A model generated the notes under the pieces. It saw only the letters and a program-made list of their open reading frames with translations. It did no database searches and was not told where the DNA came from. DNA of 64,000 bases from Geosiphon pyriformis uo1 (taxonomy: Eukaryota; Fungi; Glomeromycota): assembly GCA_016748015.1 (NCBI GenBank), contig JAAOMT010000183.1:78272-142271 (forward strand), read 5' to 3'. The position numbers and the translations under genes are program-made. Position 1 is the stretch's first letter; each line of letters begins with the position of its first letter. Shown here piece after piece: positions 56,904 to 64,000 of the stretch.

Positions 56904-58370
56904 ATGTTAAAAATGGCACTTCAGCTACCAAAACCTGGAATTCTGCTCTCATACATTTTTCAAAAGCTTTTGTATTCATCGCCTCGACCTAAAGGAATTC
57001 CATTGAGGAAATCTTCATACTCATCATCAATAGGTCCTAAATCAAAGGAATTCACCGTTCTCGGAATAGAAACCTCATGTGATGATACAGGAGTTGGTAT
57101 CGTAAGATCAAATGGTCATATTTTGAGTGACGTCATTCAATTACAGCAAGAGCTACATGAACCAATGGGTGGTATTGTTCCAACATTAGCAATGCAAGCT
57201 CATCAGAGTCATTTACCCCTTACTATCATAAAAGCGTTAAATGAAGCGAAATTGAATGTGATGAATGATATTGATGTAATCGCTGCCACCAGAGGACCAG
57301 GTCTATCACCCTGTTTAAATGTAGGCCTAATTGCGGGAAAAGTGTTGGCAGCAGCTCTAAGGTATCGAATTCATATTGTCTTAGTAAAAGAAAATAGCTG
57401 GCTTGAAACTCATTCATATCAATTATACATGAACAAGGAAACCATTGATTGGAGTTCACCATATGGCATGTAACTAATTGGTGATCATTTATAACAAAAT
57501 AGAAGGCTATGTAATTATATTTGAATTATTTATTTAAAGGAAGCTCATGCTTTAACAGTACGGCTCACCAATAAAGAGTTAAAGTTTCCCTTTATGGCGC
57601 TGCTCATATCTGGTGGCCACACTTTAATTCTCATAGTGCATGGAGTTAATCATTATACGCAACTTGGTACAACGCTTGATGATTCTATTGGAGAAGCATA
57701 CGATAAGATTGCTCGTTTTTTAAAGTTAAATTGGACCAAAGGTCGGGGTGGAGGGCTTGGTGAGGCTTTGGAAAAGGCTGCTTTCGACGGAGACCCGAGA
57801 AAGTATTCCCTTCCAACGCCAATGACGAAGACCAAGCAAACAAAAGAATGTCCCAATTTAAGCTTTAGTGGACTAAAAACTTCAACAATTTTATTAGTAG
57901 AAAAAGAAAAATTGGACATTGAAGATCTTCAAGTGAAAAGAGACATTGCAGCTGCATTTCAATTCACAGCGATACAACATTTGATAAATAAATTGGTGCT
58001 GGCTTTTGAATGGTGCAAAAAACGAAATATTTCATTGACAGCTTTGGTTGTGAGCGGAGGGGTAGCACGTAATAAAGCCATTCGTATGAGGTAACTTACC
58101 CTACCTTTTTCACAGTAAAGTTCTTTTGAAACTGTCATGCTCAATTCCACGCACGAATTCACATACAGTCTAGAAAAGACTGCACTTGATCGATACAGCT
58201 TGCAATTGATTTGTCCAGCACCTCACTTATGTTCCGATAATGGGGTCATGATCGCATGGGCAGGTGTTGAACGTTATCGAGTTGGGCTAGTAGATGATTA
58301 TACAATTAATCACATCCCTAAATGGCCTATTGAAAATCTAGGTTCAGGTCCGATGCAAAGTCCCCGATGA
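56904..58370 (+). CDS. QRI7: Mitochondrial tRNA N6-threonylcarbamoyltransferase (Qri7/OSGEPL1)
   Basis: Basic presequence, VLGIETSCDDTG, TRGPGL, HHMEAH, LLISGGHT, DDSIGEAYDK, SFSGLKT, CSDNGVMIAWAG; three introns. Confidence 0.93.
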
Positions 58371-58503
58371 TGTTATTGATAATACTCTATTATATGATTG
58401 CTTGAATTTTTACATTGAGGCATTTCAATAGATCCCAGATTGTAGATGTTCCCACGTCGTATTATATGATTTACACCGAAGCTCGTCTTGGTAGAATTCC
58501 ATG

Positions 58504-59604
58504 CTAAATTAATGCTATCCTGGGTTTCGTGAAGGAATATTATTTGGGATTAAAGATTTAAAAGACATAAAATTTGATTTGATTCCAATTATACTTACTT
58601 CTCCTACTACGTGATTTTGTGCCCGTTCTTGACACATGAACACGCTTTATTTTTGGCCTATTTGCTATCCTTTCAACCTCGGCTAGAGACAAAAAAATCA
58701 GTATTATCAAATAGATATTAATTTTTTCCTATTGCATATGAGATATAATTGGCAGTATGAGGTTTCTAACCTTCTCTAACTCTTTCCATTGCAGCTTGTC
58801 TTTCGCGTTCTTCGCGTTCCTCGCGCTCACGTTCCTCATGTTCACGTTCTTGTCGTTCACGCTCCCTCTCCTCTTCTTCTACGATCCGCTTTCGTTCCTT
58901 CAGGTGATAAATTCGTGAAACCAATGAAATTAAACAACAAAATTTTCGAATTTAAATATAGAGTTATCCACAGACCGTTGTCATGCCTTCCCAAGATGGA
59001 TCGGACAAGACGTGTTGCGTATGCACACTTTGAGACAAAATATTTATCCATAAATCCAGCAATTTATCTGTCTGCTCAACTGTACTTGTGAATCGCTTTT
59101 AGTACCAGATGAAAGTAGAAGCACGAAATCCAAAAAGAAATCACTTTTAAGATGTCAGGTAATGCTTTGAAAATGCCTCTACGCTTTAACCGGAGATATT
59201 TAATTGTATATCATTAATCTTACTCTCAATTTGTTCCGCGTTTGATCTAAATTCTCGTTCACTTTGCTGAAGATACGGTTGATCTCGATCAAATCATTAT
59301 ATTCTTGTTGTAGCGCGTCATTTTGCTCAACAACTTCTGTTTCCTGTGTGAGATCATCTGGTAATACATCCTCAAAAGAGGTGCCCTTTCCAGCATCTTC
59401 ACCCGCTAATAAATTACCACCCAAGGACACTGTGGAAACCCCAAAAGCCGGATGATTAGAAGTGTGGTTAAATTGTTGTTGTTTTTGCTGCGCAGTGCCA
59501 CTATTTGTGTCGATAAAATTCTGCTCTTCTAGCCATATTGAATCAACGTTGTCGCCGTTCAAAAGGGAGTTATCAGGAAATTCTTGTTCGTCGAGAGATG
59601 TCAT
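58504..59604 (-). CDS. DUO1: DASH/Dam1 complex subunit Duo1-like; 3' end uncertain
   Basis: LQQEYNDLIEINRIF..V..NL, then LLDLWINILSQSVHTQHVLSDPSWEG, followed by an E/R-rich coil. Confidence 0.8.
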
Positions 59605-60479
59605 AAGGACAGTTTAGGTTTATTGGCAAAACTTCAATTGGATGAAAGCAAATAATTCGAATTAAATACAAGAAAATTTTGTAAATTGTGATTCTAATAA
59701 AAACTTTAACCTTTGAATCTTATATTTGATTTATTTGTTTAAAAAAAACCAATCCAATGAGGTAATTGTAACACATTCCTCATTCGAAGTTCAATAATAT
59801 GTATATATATATATAACATTTATTGAATTATCATGATAGTATTAATCAATTAAGTAAGTTTATTTTTTAATAGTGATTGTAACTTCATTTAAATAAGTAT
59901 ACTAAAAAATATTGAGTATTCAAAATCATTAGTTTTTAAAATATTTTAATTATAAATTCTGTAATATTAATTAATAATAAAAGGATTTTATTAAAACATT
60001 ATATTAATAAATGGTTTTTTATTTTAAAATATTGAAATTGCAATTATATTTTAATTAAATATTATATTGGTTGCAATTTATTAAAATATTGTTTTTGGTT
60101 TGTTTATAAAAAAAGGTTTTTCTTAAACTATAATCATTTTTAAGTTAAATAATTTATTTTTTATAATTTTTAAAAAATAATTAACTTTAAAATTATTAAT
60201 TTATAATAATAGATTTAAAAAAATTGAACCAAAAATATTTGTTTTAATAAATTATATTTATTTTAATGTTAAAATTTTAATCTGTTAATTAAAATATATT
60301 TTAAGTTTTGATATTATTAATTTTGTAATATTATATAGTTTAATTGATTTTATAATCTAATAATAACACATATTAAGCCAATTATAAAAATTAAAATAAT
60401 TTTATAATATTCGAATCAAATTTTATTTAATAATAATATATTTTAAATTTAATTATATAAAATATTTAATAAAAAAATT

Positions 60480-60940
60480 TTTTTTTTGTTAATTTTCTGG
60501 CCATAATGAAAGCTAAAGATTTGCTGAGAATATAGCTTTTTCTTTTTCTTTTACACTTTATTTTTATTAGCTATTTTCTTCCAAATACCTATTTTTGTCA
60601 TGATAAAACTGACAAGCACATCTGCTGGTAGTTTGAGTTTTGATTTGACTGGTTTGGGAACCTATTTAAGCACCAAAAAAAAACATGTAAACAATGTTTA
60701 CTCTTATAGTGTGTTTTACAAAAAACCAAAAAAGTCTGTAGTTGGTAATATGATTAACTTGTTAACTGACTCTTTAAGCTTAAATAATATTGGTAGCATC
60801 AGTGTTGAACCTGTAATGTTCTGGAGTAGTAAAGTTGGCAATGTTGTAAATAGTATTAATGATCTGTTAAATGTCAAAAATATGAAAAACACAATTGCTA
60901 AGGAAACAAGCTATGTAGATTTAGATACATCAGTAAATAA
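60480..60940 (+). mobile_element. 5' stub of another LINE (5' UTR and start of ORF1)
   Basis: T-rich start resembling the LINE A/D 5' ends; AKETSYVD parallels VEKTSFQQ of LINE A ORF1. Confidence 0.55.
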
Positions 60941-61823
60941 TATTATTTATAAAATATAGAAATTATATATTAATACATAAAATAACCAATCAAAATAGAC
61001 ATAATAAAAGTGGAATTCCAGAATTCTTCTCAAAAAAATTGCAAGATTTCAGAATTATAGGATTCCTGTATAAAGAATTACAAAATTTCAGAATTACAAA
61101 ATTTTTTTTGAGAAATTACAGAATTTTAGAAATTTCAAGATTCTTAATTAAAGAATTAAGAAATTCAAAGAATCTTGTATAATGAAATTTATGTATATAT
61201 AACAGTAGTATTAGAAGCAGAAAAAGATAAAATCTTTAGTTTAGAACTTTCAGTTTCAATTTTATATCCATTCTTTTATATGATAATATTTTATAACTTA
61301 AAATAGAAACATTAAATATCAATAAAATACTTATTATTATCACAATCTATCTTTTCACTATCAACAATTTATGTTAATAACTGCTGATACTTAATTATAC
61401 TGGACCAATAGCTTTTGATCATGGCTATTGATGAGATACTAACTCTTTTCTTGTCTTGGCTTATTTCTTTATTTTTTTTCTTCTCTTTTGTTTTGTTTAT
61501 TAATTGATTAAAGATTAATGCATAGAGTTACTAATGTTAAAAAGACTGGTAAAAGACTCATAAAACAAGGATAAAACATTTATAATTGAGAATAGCTTAT
61601 CAGAAGGATTATTGGCCACCATACTAAGAAAAAAATTTGACAGAATTGTGATTCTGGAAAGCTATGGATAAAACAATACTAAAATCTCTGTCTATTATAC
61701 AAAGAACTCAAACCAAAATTTTCAGATTATGAAAACCTTCAGAAACCAACATTATTATATTAATTAAGCATCAAGTTACAGGTTTGTTATTTATTTCACT
61801 CACCCAAATATTTATTTGTAATA
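60941..61823 (+). repeat. Lone eroded LTR of the Gypsy copy 1 type
   Basis: Colinear with the reverse complement of 13767-14603 (GGAATTCC array, gctattga..atactaa, ggtaaaagac, ctctgtctattatacaaag, ...tgtaata); no matching TSD. Confidence 0.85.
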
Positions 61824-61922
61824 ACAGATGTCCAAAAAAATTATTATCAGATTAAAGCACTTATTTTGTAAACAGAACATTAACAGAATTAAGTCAAAAA
61901 GACTATTATCATTATTATATCA
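61824..61922 (+). mobile_element. Gypsy integrase core fragment
   Basis: Matches 24220-24330 (RCPK.LLSD..T.FVNRTLTELSQ/KR.LS). Confidence 0.75.
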
Positions 61923-63386
61923 CTTTTGTAAACCACTCAATTTCTTAAAAAAAATTCCCAACACGGAATTAAGATCTAAGTATTGAAAGCCTTTGCCGTT
62001 TTCATAGCACTGAACTTTGTTTAATCCCGCTGTACTTGATTTTTTCACAACTTTAACAATATGATCCACACAATCTACTGTTGTTTTTCGATAAAGCTTT
62101 TTAATCGATCCAAAACTACCATCACACTTAAATTTGGTATGTCCAGGTACCATGAAATTTAATTCGATACTTTCGTAATAACCGCAAATTACTAAATATA
62201 GGTAAAATCAAATGGTGGCATTATTTTTATTCTGACCACCCGCATTATCACAAGTAATCTTTAGATGTTTTTCGCCTTTATTCAGTCTCTTAATTCCATT
62301 GAATACCATGCTCAGGGTGCCATTAGGGCCTTCCCTATTATTTTGTTCGCGTACTGCTTCATCTTGGATACCAAATAAGTGTACTTTACGCGGACTGAGA
62401 TAGTAAATTTTATTTACTTGTTGATCGGAATGGGGTACGTGAACATTTTGCGCTCAATCGTAACTGTAATGCGCAGTAGCGTCAATGCTGCAATAATCAG
62501 CTTTAGCTCTTGTTCTAAAATGCTCATCCACCAATTTCCTCTGTTGTTCTGCTAGTTTCGTATTTTTGTTGTAATAGTTTCTCTCTAATTTAGCCTTAAC
62601 TAGATGTTCTTTGAATTTTTTCAATAAATCTTTCGCCTCTTCTTCTTTGCGAGCATTGTATTGTAAGCCATTCCGAAAATGTTGACAAGTATCGCATAAA
62701 TCCGTTCGTGGACTCATGATTTGAATATAAGGCGTTAATTGGTGTCATAACTTGCGGAACGCATCATATTTTAACAATTTCAACGTGCTATTATTTTCGA
62801 GACCTGCAATAAAATCGCGATAGACCGATTTATAACTCGTTTCGGCTGGCAAAAGTGTAAGCGATTGAGTAATTCGGTTGACGTTCCTACCCGGACTTGG
62901 TAATCCATGAATTTCAGCATAGTTTTCAAGAAAATTCTTCACGGCGATGGCAACGGTTATATCAATGGTTATTTTGGTTTTCCATCGCGGCATTCGTTTT
63001 ATATTACCGTGAACACGTGGTATTATACCATTCGTCGCCAAGTGATTTCTGACGTTTTCGTAGTGAGTGCGACCAATTCCTAACATATTGAGATACGTTT
63101 TCTGGCAAAGAGGCGTATTGCGATCTCAATAATAAAACGTTCGCTTATTAGTACGTGTTTTCTTTTTAAGGCGTCGACTGGCAGTTATTTCTCCACCATT
63201 CATTACTTTCAACTGGGCCATTAAAAATATATCTTGTTCGGATCTAGAAAGAGCTTGAAACACTTCACGTAATTCGGCAAACCTTTCTCTCGGAATCATT
63301 TTTGAACAACCACAATTACAGCCTATCTCCAAGAAAGGCATTGCTTTTTCGTATTCGGTAAAACTATTATATTCATTATTTTTCAT
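61920..63386 (-). mobile_element. Sola1-like DDD DNA transposase, 3'-truncated, four in-frame TGA
   Basis: TDLCDTC, SYD*AQNVHVP, LFGIQDE, CDNAGGQNKNN, PGHTKFKCDGSFG.IK. The four track ORFs (starts 63386, 63086, 62717, 62153) share one frame. No TIR identified. Confidence 0.8.
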
Positions 63387-63766
63387 ATACAGGTACTCCT
63401 TTATATAATTTTATCACTTCTTTATTCCTTTTCATCAATCATGCTTAGTTTTTAAATGAATGAATGGACATGTTTTGTTATCCAGGAGAAAATCTCGCTG
63501 CATACTACTTACTCATCACTATCATGAACATCATTTCCTATGCCAGCAGACGTTGTCGTGGCCATGATTCAGTTTCAAAAAATAGAAAGCTGAACTGATT
63601 CGGGACAAATCAGACCATTCACATTTCTTAGGACAGCAATGATATATGTAAACTTGTGACATAACAATAAACTTACTCAGGAGAAGGCACGAATTCTTCG
63701 TATAATTAAGAATTTATTTAAAATTTGCTGGAGAAATGCATAAGTTGCAACATATCCGAATGCACA

Positions 63767-63989
63767 CTATTCATATTCTTCAGGCCATTCCTCATCTTGT
63801 TCCGCTTGCTCATCAGATTTCCATCTTTTATTAAACAAATAATCCTTCGCGTCTTCATCATTGTCATTATTGATCTCCTTTGCCCTGTTGAAATATTCGC
63901 GTTAATTATGAAGTCTTATTACTGTGAAGAGGAAGGAATATGACAGTTACCTTTTGGTAGCATGAGAGCCATAGACAACTGGAAACATC
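63767..63989 (-). CDS. Last two exons of an unidentified host gene entering from the right edge
   Basis: Exons 63989-63951 and 63884-63767 with GT-AG intron give MFPVVYGSHATKRAKEINND...EEWPEEYE*. Confidence 0.45.
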
Positions 63990-64000
63990 CTACATATAAA

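Noticed and set aside
56904-58370. Bacterial TsaD-like gene as horizontal transfer
   Set aside because: It has introns and a presequence; ordinary mitochondrial Qri7.
63390-63405. Shine-Dalgarno AAGGAG as a stand-alone regulatory feature
   Set aside because: It could be the coding sequence KEYLY of a frameshifted longer N-terminus; used only as weak support.

Overview
Eukaryotic, almost certainly fungal, nuclear DNA with short GT-AG introns; gene content and TE style suggest an early-diverging or Glomeromycotina fungus (inference). The left end holds CSN5. About 1.6-38.7 kb is a nest of decayed transposons: a full-length RNase H-bearing LINE (~2.8-30.1 kb) split by two ~10 kb Ty3/Gypsy elements in opposite orientations, followed by AT-eroded LINE relics. 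About 38.8-59.6 kb is a compact housekeeping cluster (MED21, FLVCR-like MFS, MOB4/phocein, a Pex5/Pex20-like ORF, ARPC3, ORC4, RSP5, QRI7, DUO1), interrupted by an ORF1-only non-LTR element. The right end has a LINE stub, a lone LTR, an integrase scrap and a Sola-like transposase. Three highlights: (1) the transposase is one 489-codon frame whose only internal stops are four TGAs at Trp-like positions, suggesting genetic code 4 and an endobacterial or organellar passage; (2) both Gypsy copies share an unusual three-cistron layout, [Gag-PR-Cys-rich-dUTPase-RT-RH] + [separately initiated integrase] + [conserved non-env ORF3]; (3) a HAL1-like ORF1-only element carries the autonomous LINE's 3' tail. 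All calls come from reading the sequence and recalled motifs; no searches were run.
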